A DNA stretch of 32,000 bases from Candidatus Methylomirabilis limnetica (GTDB lineage Bacteria; Methylomirabilota; Methylomirabilia; Methylomirabilales; Methylomirabilaceae): positions 1-32,000 of the forward strand of contig NZ_NVQC01000020.1 in the NCBI RefSeq assembly GCF_003044035.1. The letters are read 5' to 3'. The translations under genes and the position numbers were made by a program. The stretch's first letter is position 1, and each line of letters opens with the position of its first letter. This document shows, piece after piece, positions 22,888-31,679 of the stretch. The notes beneath the pieces were generated by a model. The model searched no databases. It was not told where the DNA came from and saw nothing but the letters and a program-made list of their open reading frames with translations.

Positions 22888-23799
22888 ATGGAGATTAACG
22901 GCGTTTGTATCGACGAGACATATGCGGAGGCATTCAACATGTATGCCAGCCGTGTGTTGATTACTGCCTGCAATAAGCAGTGGGCCCTGGTGGCGGCACA
23001 GAACATGGCGGGTTTCGGCACATCGGTCATTGGCTGTGGCTGTGAGGTCGCGATTGAGGGCGTCGAGCCGACGGAGACGCCCGATGATCGCCCTGGCGTG
23101 AGTGTCTTACTATTCGCCCCGTCGAAAAAGGCGGTTCAGGAGCAGCTCATCAATCGAATCGGCCAGTGCGTGATGACCTCTCCCACCTCGGCCTGTTACA
23201 ACGCCCTGGAGGCGGAAGATCGCCTTTCGGTAGGGGGTAAGCTCCAATTTTTTGGAGACGGATTTCAGATCAGTAAGCGGCTCGACTCACGGATGACCGG
23301 AAATGGGAGCAACCCTAGGCGTTTCTGGCGAATTCCCGTGATGGACGGCGAGTTCATAGTCGAAGACCGGTTCGGTGTACAGAAGGGGGTAGCCGGCGGC
23401 AACTTCTTGCTGTTGGGGAGCGATCAGGCTCTGGCCCTGCAGGCTGCAGAGCGGGCGGTCGAGGCGATGCGGAAGATACCGGATGTCATCATGCCGTTCC
23501 CAGGTGGTATCGTAAGGTCTGGCAGTAAGGTTGGCTCGCGCTACAAGTTCCTTAATGCCTCAAGCAATACGGCCTTCTGCCCATCGCTGAGGCGGACGGT
23601 CAAGAGCGAGCTGCCAGAGGGGGTTGAGGCGGTCTTCGAGGTCGTCGTCGATGGCCTGACGCCGGAGGCGGTAGGGGAGGCAATGCGGGTTGGCATCCTG
23701 GCCGCGTGCGGTCCCGGCGTTGTACAGATCACCGCTGGTAACTACGGTGGGAAGTTGGGGAAGCATCACTTTTACCTTCATCAGCTCCTTTCGAGCTGA
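22888..23799 (+). CDS. fhcD: formylmethanofuran:tetrahydromethanopterin formyltransferase (Ftr/FhcD)
   Basis: It has an Ftr-type N-terminus (MEINGVCIDETYAEAFNMYASRVLITA), and its ~300-aa length fits. Confidence 0.92.
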   Translation: MEINGVCIDETYAEAFNMYASRVLITACNKQWALVAAQNMAGFGTSVIGCGCEVAIEGVEPTETPDDRPGVSVLLFAPSKKAVQEQLINRIGQCVMTSPTSACYNALEAEDRLSVGGKLQFFGDGFQISKRLDSRMTGNGSNPRRFWRIPVMDGEFIVEDRFGVQKGVAGGNFLLLGSDQALALQAAERAVEAMRKIPDVIMPFPGGIVRSGSKVGSRYKFLNASSNTAFCPSLRRTVKSELPEGVEAVFEVVVDGLTPEAVGEAMRVGILAACGPGVVQITAGNYGGKLGKHHFYLHQLLSS

Positions 23800-23817
23800 C
23801 AGAGACCAGAGGGCAAC

Positions 23818-24627
23818 ATGCCACCAGTCGTGCTTCGTATGAAAGATGCCCCGACGAGTATTCCGCTTGAGGCCGAGGCGATCTCACCTGACATGTTCGT
23901 AGAGCGGAGTCAGGGGGAGATAGAGGCCCTGCCAGTAGCGTTGGGGAATGAGACCCACCAGCTTGGTGACTTCTTCAGCATTGAGGGAGAGCGATCGGAT
24001 GAGATCGTTATAGAGGGCTCCACGGGCCGGGTTAAGTGGATCGGCTCGGGAATGACGCGGGGTCGGATTGTAGTCCACGGCGACGTCGGGATGCATGCCG
24101 GATCTTACATGCAAGGTGGCGAGATCCTTGTCGAAGGGAATGCGGACGACTTCCTCGGTGTCGAAATGAAAGGCGGGCTGATCCGGGTCAATGGCAATGC
24201 AGGGCATCGTGCCGGGGCCGCCTATAGGGGGAGCAAGTACGGCATGCAGGGCGGGATCATTCTGGTCGATGGAAACGTCGGGCACGAAGTAGGCGCCTAT
24301 ATGCGAAGAGGTCTCATTGTCATCAAGGGGAATGCCGAGGACTTCCTGGGGGCCATGATGGCGACCGGGACAATCTGTCTCTTCGGCCAGGCAGGCATCA
24401 GAACAGGAGGCGGAATGCAGAAAGGGACGATCCTCTGCATGCACCCTGTCGAAATGCTGCCGACCTTCGTCTACGACTGCTCCTACGCGCCGGTCTTTCT
24501 CCGGATTCTGTTCAAGGGGCTCAAGCATCTCGGGGTGGAGTGCCCCGCGGGGGCGAATGGCCTCGTTCGACGCTATCACGGGGACCTGGCCGATGTTGGC
24601 AAGGGCGAAATCCTGATCGCCGCCTGA
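23818..24627 (+). CDS. fhcC: formylmethanofuran dehydrogenase subunit C homologue (GXGXG beta-helix, FhcC/FwdC)
   Basis: It contains repeated G..G...G..M.GG.I.V.GN turns (VHGDVGMHAGSYMQGGEILVEGNADD, VNGNAGHRAGAAY..., VDGNVGHEVGAYMRRGLIVIKGNAED). Confidence 0.9.
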   Translation: MPPVVLRMKDAPTSIPLEAEAISPDMFVERSQGEIEALPVALGNETHQLGDFFSIEGERSDEIVIEGSTGRVKWIGSGMTRGRIVVHGDVGMHAGSYMQGGEILVEGNADDFLGVEMKGGLIRVNGNAGHRAGAAYRGSKYGMQGGIILVDGNVGHEVGAYMRRGLIVIKGNAEDFLGAMMATGTICLFGQAGIRTGGGMQKGTILCMHPVEMLPTFVYDCSYAPVFLRILFKGLKHLGVECPAGANGLVRRYHGDLADVGKGEILIAA

Positions 24628-24640
24628 GGAGGATGCGACC

Positions 24641-25591
24641 TTGTCTCTTAGTCTGAATCGCCGGGCCGGCGAGATACTTGATCGGATAGCGGAGCAGAGT
24701 GCGGCGCTAGGGATCTCGGTTTCGACGCTTACGAATGGCGCCAGGCTTGTCGATTTCGGGGTGAAGGTTCCCGGTGGCCTGCTCGCAGGGAAGGGGCTGT
24801 CTGAGATCTGCCTTGGTGGACTGGGGGAGGTGGCGTTTCTTCCACTGAGCTATGGCGACTTTTCGCTTCTCGGCGTCAGCGTGGCGATCGACGGCCCGGT
24901 GTTACCCTGCCTTGGCTCGCAGTATGCCGGCTGGAAGATCCAGCGTGGGAAGTTCTTTGCGATGGGTTCCGGTCCGGCCAGGGCGATGGCAAGGACCGAG
25001 AAGCTGTTCGAGACGATTCGTATCCAGGATGAGGCCGACTCGGCAGTCCTCGTTCTGGAGAGTGGTCGCCTACCTACCGAAGAGGTGGCCGACTATGTAG
25101 CGGAGAAGTGCGGTATCAAGCCGGATCGGGTCTCCTTGGCGGTCGCTTCCACGCGAAGCATGGCCGGGGCGGTACAGATCGCTGCGCGTTCCGTAGAGAC
25201 CGCGATGCACAAACTTCTGGAGTTGGGATTTGACGTGACTAAGGTGCTGAGCGGCTTCGGGGTCTGCCCCATCGCGACTGCTGCCGCCGATGACCTGACC
25301 GCGATTGGACGGACCAACGACTGTGTCCTGTATGGCAGCGAGGTGTTCCTGACGGTCTCAGCAACCGATGGTGAGATTGAGGCCCTGATCGATAAGATCC
25401 CCTCGTCCTCGTCGCGAGACTACGGACAGTTATTCGGTGAGCTCTTCAAGCGGTATGATGGGGACTTCTATAAGATCGATCCATTCCTCTTCAGCCCGGC
25501 CAAGACTTCCATCACTAACGCCGCCAGTGGCAGAACCTATAGGGCCGGGCGCTTCAATGCCGAGCTGCTCCGGGCCTCCCTCCTCGGATAA
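24641..25591 (+). CDS. mch: methenyl-tetrahydromethanopterin cyclohydrolase
   Basis: The TTG start at 24641 lies 8 nt after GGAGG. The sequence is Mch-like (LNRRAGEILDRI...NGARLVDFGV...GGLLAGKGLSEICLGGLG). Confidence 0.9.
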   Translation: MSLSLNRRAGEILDRIAEQSAALGISVSTLTNGARLVDFGVKVPGGLLAGKGLSEICLGGLGEVAFLPLSYGDFSLLGVSVAIDGPVLPCLGSQYAGWKIQRGKFFAMGSGPARAMARTEKLFETIRIQDEADSAVLVLESGRLPTEEVADYVAEKCGIKPDRVSLAVASTRSMAGAVQIAARSVETAMHKLLELGFDVTKVLSGFGVCPIATAAADDLTAIGRTNDCVLYGSEVFLTVSATDGEIEALIDKIPSSSSRDYGQLFGELFKRYDGDFYKIDPFLFSPAKTSITNAASGRTYRAGRFNAELLRASLLG

Positions 25592-25606
25592 TCAAAAAAC
25601 GCTGTC

Positions 25607-25690
25607 ATGCGTTCCGCGTTCATTGCGTGCAGCGTCCCGCGTTTATAATGGACACAACGAACGCCGCACGCAACGAACACAATAGACGCG
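25607..25690 (+). repeat. repeat family D, copy 2
   Basis: TGCGTTCCGCGTTCATTGCGTGCAGCGT...ACGAACGCCGCACGCAACGAACACAATAGACGCG resembles 6019..6078 plus 6262..6303. It abuts the ATG at 25691 and contains TTGCGT-15 nt-TATAAT (25623..25649). Confidence 0.5.
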
Positions 25691-26560
25691 ATGAAGATCG
25701 GGATCCTGGCCGATAGAAGAGGATGGCACGTCGAGGCCCTCGCGAAAGCGCTGGCGCAACGCGGCTGCCAGGCCGACTTTATGCCGATTACACGGCTGGT
25801 GGCCCGTGCTCCAGGTAATCCTCTTATCACGATCAATGGTCAACCCCTCGAATCCTACGATGCGCTACTGATCCGGACGATCCCGGAAGGATCGCTGGAG
25901 CAGATCATCTTCAGGATGGATGCCCTGCACCGACTGGAGGCGGCGGAGGTTCGAGTTATGAATCGGCCAGCTTCCCTTGAACGGACGGTTGACAAATACT
26001 ATACGTCTAGCCTTCTCGCATCGAGCGGCCTGCCGACTCCGAGGACCGTAGTAGCTGAGGGGTTCGACGAGGCGATGGAGGCGTTCCGCGAATTCGGTGA
26101 TGTGGTGGTGAAGCCGCTCTTTGGCGCCGGTGGGAGGGGGATAGCGCGGATCAGCGACGCCGATGTCGCTTACCGAACCTTCCGTGTCCTCGCCATGACT
26201 CGGAGCATCTTCTACATCCAGGAATTTGTTCCACACGGCGATTACGATCTCAGGGGTCTGGTGATAGGGGGTCGGGTGGTCGCAGCCATGCGCCGGTGGT
26301 CGGAGGGCTGGCGGCATAATGTCTCTCAGGGCGCGCGGCCGGAGCCTCACGCCATGGACGAAGAAGCGACCGGTCTCTGCCTCGAGGCCAGTCGACTGCT
26401 TGAGACCGATTATGCTGGGATCGATCTGCTGAGGACTCCTCACGGCTATACAGTAGTAGAAGTCAATAGCATCCCAGGCTGGTCCGGCCTGCAGCGAACC
26501 ACGGAGATCGACATCGCTCAGGAGATCGCAGACCACCTGCTGAGTCAGCTTGGACACTGA
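25691..26560 (+). CDS. RimK-type ATP-grasp ligase (H4MPT/methanofuran glutamate-ligase class, MptN/MfnD-like)
   Basis: It shows ATP-grasp motifs (VVVKPLFGAGGRGI, FYIQEFV, AGIDLL...VVEVNSIPGW) and sits in the cofactor gene neighbourhood. Confidence 0.85.
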   Translation: MKIGILADRRGWHVEALAKALAQRGCQADFMPITRLVARAPGNPLITINGQPLESYDALLIRTIPEGSLEQIIFRMDALHRLEAAEVRVMNRPASLERTVDKYYTSSLLASSGLPTPRTVVAEGFDEAMEAFREFGDVVVKPLFGAGGRGIARISDADVAYRTFRVLAMTRSIFYIQEFVPHGDYDLRGLVIGGRVVAAMRRWSEGWRHNVSQGARPEPHAMDEEATGLCLEASRLLETDYAGIDLLRTPHGYTVVEVNSIPGWSGLQRTTEIDIAQEIADHLLSQLGH

Positions 26561-26619
26561 ACAGCACAGGGGGTGCGTAGGGGCGCCCCTTGTGGGTGCC
26601 CTCTCATGTGAGGTGCACA

Positions 26620-27498
26620 GTGCGACTGAATCCCCTATCCTCTGATACTGTCTCCCTCGCCGCACAGCTCGCATGCCTCCTGGAGGTGAGCGCTAACAAG
26701 CCTGGTAACGTCACCCCGTTCGCCGACTTCGCCGATACCTGCTACACCGACTTTCTGGCCAGCTCCGTCATCCTGGGGCGAGCCCTGCGGAAGACTGCAA
26801 CGGTCGCCACCGGTTCGCTGGTCCTCGATGCGGTTCGAGAAACCAAGCGGCTGGTCGGCCGGAACACCAACCTTGGGATCGCGCTCCTCTTCGCTCCACT
26901 GGCAAAGGCGGCCCTGCGTAAAGGACGCCGCCCGCTTCGGTCACGCCTTCGTAGCGTACTGACCTCCCTGACGCCCTACGATGGGCAAAGGGTCTATGAG
27001 GCGATTCGGCTTGCCCAGCCCGGAGGGCTTGGGGACGCTAACCAGTTCGATGTCCGGGCGACCCGTGGCAGAGTGCCGCTTCTCGGTGCGATGCGCTTGG
27101 CGATGGATCGGGACTCGATTGCGCGTGAGTATGCCACCGACTTCGAGATCACCTTCACGATCGGTGCTCCGACCCTCGAGCGGTCTCTCCAGGAGTCGAA
27201 CGATTCGGGAAGCTCGGTCATTCAGACCTACCTGACGCTTCTCTCTCGGGTTCCGGATTCTCTTGTTGAGCGCAAATGTGGCGCGCGCGAGGCTGGCAGA
27301 ATCTCACGGGAAGCGGGAAAGATTCTGGCCATCGGTGGGGCGTTTTCGGAGCAAGGCAAGCGAAGGCTGGCTCGGTTAGACCACACTCTCCGGCAGAATG
27401 GGAACCGGCTGAATCCGGGGACTACCGCGGATCTCACCGCCTCAGCCCTTTTTGTTGTGATGTTAGAGAGAGGGATCGAGTTCGTGCTGGGAAAGTGA
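26620..27498 (+). CDS. triphosphoribosyl-dephospho-CoA synthase (CitG/MdcB) family protein
   Basis: LEVSANKPGNVTP...NTNLGIALLFAPLA resembles the CitG family. The start is uncertain: GTG 26620 follows GAGGTG, and the track start is TTG 26590. Confidence 0.75.
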   Translation: MRLNPLSSDTVSLAAQLACLLEVSANKPGNVTPFADFADTCYTDFLASSVILGRALRKTATVATGSLVLDAVRETKRLVGRNTNLGIALLFAPLAKAALRKGRRPLRSRLRSVLTSLTPYDGQRVYEAIRLAQPGGLGDANQFDVRATRGRVPLLGAMRLAMDRDSIAREYATDFEITFTIGAPTLERSLQESNDSGSSVIQTYLTLLSRVPDSLVERKCGAREAGRISREAGKILAIGGAFSEQGKRRLARLDHTLRQNGNRLNPGTTADLTASALFVVMLERGIEFVLGK

Positions 27499-27554
27499 GC
27501 TACAGAGGCTCTTCAGTGTCGTGCGGCCAAGGCGAACATTATGGGAGGACCCCG

Positions 27555-28505
27555 CTAAGCGACTTGGAGGCGGCCCTGGCTAACGGACTGGAGCGCAAAA
27601 AATTCAATCAGGTGGTCGGCAACGGCTTTTTTCTGCTTATCCACCGTGATCACGTGGTAGCAGTCATCGAGTAAGATCAGGAGCTTCTGTATCGAAGCAA
27701 TGTCATTGTACACCAGCTCGCCATTACGAGGACCGGTGATGTCGTCTTCGCGGGCCTGGAGGATCAAGGTGGGCGCCGTCACCTCACCCAAGCGACTACG
27801 GACGAGCGTGGAGAGCCGGTCTATATTGGTCAAGGTCTTCAACGGAAAGATCGGATACCCCATCGTGGCTGCCAAAGGGGCACTGATCGCTTGGTCAGCA
27901 GTATGGTTCATGCGAGTCCACAAACCCATGATCCATCGACGCAGGAGCGAAACGGAACCATACGACGCCCGCTTGTGGGCCTGAAGCCGTCTCTCCTTAA
28001 TTCCAAAGGGTGGACCATCCTGGTGGAAGAGGAGATAGCCCAAAGGAGCCACCTTCATAACAAAGGGCAAGAGTGCCCTGGTCCAAGGTGTCTTCCACCC
28101 ATCATAGAAAAAGGTGGGCGAGAAGACTCCGATTCCATCAACATTCACGGTCAGTGAGGAGTCCAAGGCCAGGAGTCCTCCCGCGCTCAGGCCGGCCACA
28201 TAGAGGTGGTCGTACCGTTCACGTGCGAAGGCCAGTTGCATCTTCACGTGCGTGAGCCAGTCCTCCTCGGACGTTCTCACAAGATCCCTGAGCCGCGTGC
28301 AGTGGCCCGGGAGAGTCGTGGCATAGACGTCCCATCCATGGCGCGCCAACCGCCGTCCAAGGTAGCCCATCTCGGTCGGTGTCCCTGTGACGCCGTGAAT
28401 CAGATACACCAAGGTGCGTGAGTCGGTGTGGAAGGCAAGGTCGGTCGGCTGACGGCCGACCATCTCATCAAGAGGACCAGGCCGCGTGGTCAGTTGTCGG
28501 CTCAT
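27555..28505 (-). CDS. alpha/beta-hydrolase fold protein (esterase/lipase-like)
   Basis: It has the motif LIHGVTGTP and the nucleophile elbow GLSAG. ATG 28505 forms an ATGA overlap with the aminotransferase stop, and the longer track start at 28586 lies inside that gene. Confidence 0.85.
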   Translation of the reverse strand: MSRQLTTRPGPLDEMVGRQPTDLAFHTDSRTLVYLIHGVTGTPTEMGYLGRRLARHGWDVYATTLPGHCTRLRDLVRTSEEDWLTHVKMQLAFARERYDHLYVAGLSAGGLLALDSSLTVNVDGIGVFSPTFFYDGWKTPWTRALLPFVMKVAPLGYLLFHQDGPPFGIKERRLQAHKRASYGSVSLLRRWIMGLWTRMNHTADQAISAPLAATMGYPIFPLKTLTNIDRLSTLVRSRLGEVTAPTLILQAREDDITGPRNGELVYNDIASIQKLLILLDDCYHVITVDKQKKAVADHLIEFFALQSVSQGRLQVA

Positions 28506-29896
28506 GGCTTCTCTGTGCAGTGGGTGAACAGCCAGTCCAGTAGTTCTATGGCCAGATCGATCTCGCCTTTGGTGATATCCAGGCAAGGTGCAAGGCCGAA
28601 GACGTTCTTGTAGTGTCCCACGACGTTTAACACTAGCCCCATGGGGCCACGGGATGTTGGAATTCCCCCGGCCAGACCCAACTCGAAGATCCGGTCTGCG
28701 AGGGCCCTGTTGGGGGTGATCCGGTCCGCCTGCGTCACTTCAATACGAAGAGCTAAGCCCAAGCCGGCGACGTCCCCGATAGCGGTATGTCGTTTCTTGA
28801 GGTCTTCGAGCTGCCCCAGAAAATAGGCTCCCGATTCGGCCACCTTCCGCTCATAATTCTGCTGCTCGATCCACTGCAGTGTTGCCAAGGCTGCGGCCGT
28901 GCCCAGTGGATTGGACGAGAATGTGGAATGTGACGACCCCGCCGGAAAGGCCTGGGGAGAGATGAGGGGTTCCTCAGCCCATAGCCCAGAGAGGGGATTC
29001 AGGCCATTAGTCAATGTCTTTCCAAAGACGACGATGTTCGGCTTGACGCCGAAGTGCTCGATCCCCCAAAACTTCCCGGTTCTGAAAAATCCCATCTGGA
29101 CCTCGTCGTCCACCAGGAGAATCTTCCGCTCATCCAGAATCTTCTTGAGCCGCAGGAAATACTCGGGGGGCGGCACAATATATCCTCCAACGCCCTGCAC
29201 CGGCTCCACATAGAACGCGACAAACTCAGGCTCCTCAGCCTTAGCATCCCAGAATGAGTTGTACTCCGTCTCGAACAGCCGCTCGAACTGTTTGACGCAG
29301 TAATAGTCGCAGCTCTCCAGTTTCATGTCGTATGGGCATCGATAGCAGTACGGGAAGGGCACAAAATGTGCTCGGTTCGAGAAATGGCCGAAGCGTCGGC
29401 GGTATCGGTAGCTGGAGGTGATCTCGGAAGCTCCGAGGGTCCTGCCGTGGTACCCCCCCGTAAAGGCCATGAAGAGGGATTTGCCGGTAGCAATACGCAC
29501 GAGTTTAATCGAGTCTTCAATGGCCTGGGAGCCCCCCACGTTGAACTGCACGCGCCCTTTGATTCCGAAGGCTCGGAGGCACTCGATCGCCAATTTCTCG
29601 GCTGTCAGGACCTTTTCTTCATGGAGATACTGGCCGGCCAATTGTGGCAATTGCTCGAGCTGCGCTATCACCGCCTCTACGATGCGCTGGTTACGATAGC
29701 CGAAGTTGACCGTCGAGTACCACATCTGGAGGTCGAGGTATGGCTTGTCCTCGCGGTCGTAGAGAAAGCTTCCTTCACAGCCTTGAAAGAACTTCGGCTT
29801 GGGAGAGTAGTGCGCCGTATCGCCATGCGAGCAGTACTGCGCTTCCTTTTCGCGGAGTACTGCTTCGCTGAGTGGGATCTTATCTATGCGATTCAT
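28502..29896 (-). CDS. class-III PLP-dependent aminotransferase
   Basis: Motifs include GGSQAIEDSIKLVR, GGYHGRTLGA, LLVDDEVQMGFFRTGKFW and VVFGKTLTNG (PLP lysine). An ATGA overlap links it to the upstream HAD gene. Confidence 0.9.
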   Translation of the reverse strand: MNRIDKIPLSEAVLREKEAQYCSHGDTAHYSPKPKFFQGCEGSFLYDREDKPYLDLQMWYSTVNFGYRNQRIVEAVIAQLEQLPQLAGQYLHEEKVLTAEKLAIECLRAFGIKGRVQFNVGGSQAIEDSIKLVRIATGKSLFMAFTGGYHGRTLGASEITSSYRYRRRFGHFSNRAHFVPFPYCYRCPYDMKLESCDYYCVKQFERLFETEYNSFWDAKAEEPEFVAFYVEPVQGVGGYIVPPPEYFLRLKKILDERKILLVDDEVQMGFFRTGKFWGIEHFGVKPNIVVFGKTLTNGLNPLSGLWAEEPLISPQAFPAGSSHSTFSSNPLGTAAALATLQWIEQQNYERKVAESGAYFLGQLEDLKKRHTAIGDVAGLGLALRIEVTQADRITPNRALADRIFELGLAGGIPTSRGPMGLVLNVVGHYKNVFGLAPCLDITKGEIDLAIELLDWLFTHCTEKP

Positions 29897-30564
29897 GCGA
29901 AACAGCCCACCCCTTGAAAGAGACGTTCAGTGACTTCGGTGAGCGTCTCGAACGGTTCACAGGCGATTCCCTGGAGATCACACCACTCTCGCAGCCCCGC
30001 CTTCGCGTAGACCTTTTGTGCCATGGTCGAGATGCAGCGGTCGGATCGTCCATCTCCGATATACATTGTCTCCTTAAGCGAGAGGCCGAAAAAGCTGGCG
30101 ACGGCACATTTACACGTCCCGGCCCCAACCAGACAGTCGGGTGAAGCATATGGGGAGCCGAGCGAGAGGGACCCGTTCCCATCGCAGGCCAGGCGATTAG
30201 AGATGACGGGAATGTAGGACAGACCGTGCCGACGCAGTACCGCCTCGATAAACCGATCGACGCCGTCGCTGACGATGATAAGCGGGATACCGTATTGTGC
30301 GCACCGTTGCGAGAGCGTCACGATGCCCTCGTCGATAGGGAGATCAGCCGCAAACCGCATGAGTGTTGACAGATCTGCCTGAATCAACTCCACCTGTCTA
30401 GCCATACACTCTCGGCTGGTGATCTCACCCCGCTCCCATCGGCGCTCCCATTCACGGAATTCCGGCAGGGCAAAGGCTTCGAGGATGGCGAGCGTGGCAT
30501 CTGTTTTGGTGATGGTCCCGTCAAAATCGCAGAGGACTTGAAAAGCCGGCAGACCGCTAGGCAT
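29893..30564 (-). CDS. HAD-IB phosphatase, MtnX/PHOSPHO-like
   Basis: HAD motif I is LCDFDGTITKTD, and GDGRSDR lies near the C-terminus. The start was chosen at ATG 30564 so that motif I is N-terminal. No clear RBS is present, and the track start is at 30669. Confidence 0.75.
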   Translation of the reverse strand: MPSGLPAFQVLCDFDGTITKTDATLAILEAFALPEFREWERRWERGEITSRECMARQVELIQADLSTLMRFAADLPIDEGIVTLSQRCAQYGIPLIIVSDGVDRFIEAVLRRHGLSYIPVISNRLACDGNGSLSLGSPYASPDCLVGAGTCKCAVASFFGLSLKETMYIGDGRSDRCISTMAQKVYAKAGLREWCDLQGIACEPFETLTEVTERLFQGVGCFA

Positions 30565-30795
30565 GCGCAGAGATCGAGAACTCGCTGCCGATTTTTCTAG
30601 CTTGGGAGGACTGATCGTTGAAGGAAAGGCTTGATCCATACCCATATTGTAGAATAACATAACCAGCAAGAAAGATACAAGTAAAGCCGCTACTGTCCGG
30701 CTATCGAACGACTCGACACCCGATCACCATGGGCTATCTCATTGCCGGCAAGCTGAAGTTTGTCTTACCCACATGAAACAGCGAGGAACTACAAA

Positions 30796-31494
30796 TTGAG
30801 AGTTAAAATATTCGCAGATGGCGCAGACAAGACTGGCATCCTGGAAATGTACTGTAACCCGCTGATAAAAGGGTTTACCACCAATCCGACGCTGATGCGT
30901 AAAGCCGGAGTCTCTGACTATCAGGCATTTGCGCTTGACATCCTCCGAGCCATTCCCGATCGTCCCATCTCCTTCGAAGTCTTCTCAGACGACTTCACCG
31001 AGATGGCCCGTCAGGCCCGCAAGATCGCAGGATGGGGCGAGAATGTCTATGTGAAGATCCCCGTCACAAACACCCAAGGCGAGTCGTCCGCAAAGCTGGT
31101 CCATGATCTCGCCCGAGAAGGGGTCAAGCTGAATGTGACAGCGCTGACGGCACTGGATCAGGTACGCGAGATGAGTGCCGCTCTAGCAGAGGGACCTCCG
31201 GCTATTGTGTCGGTTTTCGCCGGGCGTGTCGCGGATACAGGCAGAGACCCGGTGCCGCATATGGCGGCAGCCGTGGAGTGTGTGCGTTCGTACCCGAATA
31301 TTGAATTGATCTGGGCCAGCCCTCGTGAACTGCTCAACATCTTTCAAGCCGACGCCATTGGCTGCCATATCATTACCGTGACACATGACATTTTAAAGAA
31401 ATTGAACCTGATTGGTAAGGACCTGCATGAGTTCTCACTCGACACTGTCAAGATGTTTCACGATGATGCCATGAAGGCCGGTTATACGCTGTAG
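30796..31494 (+). CDS. transaldolase-family (class I aldolase) protein
   Basis: The TTG start at 30796 lies 8 nt after GAGGA. The sequence is RVKIFADGAD...GFTTNPTL...VYVKIPVT...KLNVTAL. Confidence 0.85.
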   Translation: MRVKIFADGADKTGILEMYCNPLIKGFTTNPTLMRKAGVSDYQAFALDILRAIPDRPISFEVFSDDFTEMARQARKIAGWGENVYVKIPVTNTQGESSAKLVHDLAREGVKLNVTALTALDQVREMSAALAEGPPAIVSVFAGRVADTGRDPVPHMAAAVECVRSYPNIELIWASPRELLNIFQADAIGCHIITVTHDILKKLNLIGKDLHEFSLDTVKMFHDDAMKAGYTL

Positions 31495-31601
31495 AGGCCG
31501 GATGGTCCTGCCTACTGGTGAAGGAGGCCAGTCCTGCATTGATTAAGATTCAGGGATCTACCGCGGGCGGCTCCATCGGACGTTTAACAGGGAGAACCTG
31601 C

Positions 31602-31679
31602 ATGACGATCGCGCTGATCACGGGAATCACCGGGCAAGACGGCTCCTACCTGACCGAGCTGCGGCTCATGACAATTTAG
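31602..31679 (+). pseudogene. gmd: GDP-mannose 4,6-dehydratase N-terminal stub (25 codons)
   Basis: MTIALITGITGQDGSYLTELRLMTI* begins with the Gmd Rossmann signature ALITGITGQDGSYL.E, then stops. Its TAG overlaps the stop of the convergent mptG. Confidence 0.6.

Noticed and set aside
23884-24579. 231-aa minus-strand ORF inside fhcC
   Set aside because: It is an antisense frame kept open by the repetitive GXGXG-coding sequence. The plus-strand product matches FwdC/FhcC.
25865-26674. 269-aa minus-strand ORF
   Set aside because: It is antisense to the ATP-grasp ligase, whose plus-strand motifs are unambiguous.
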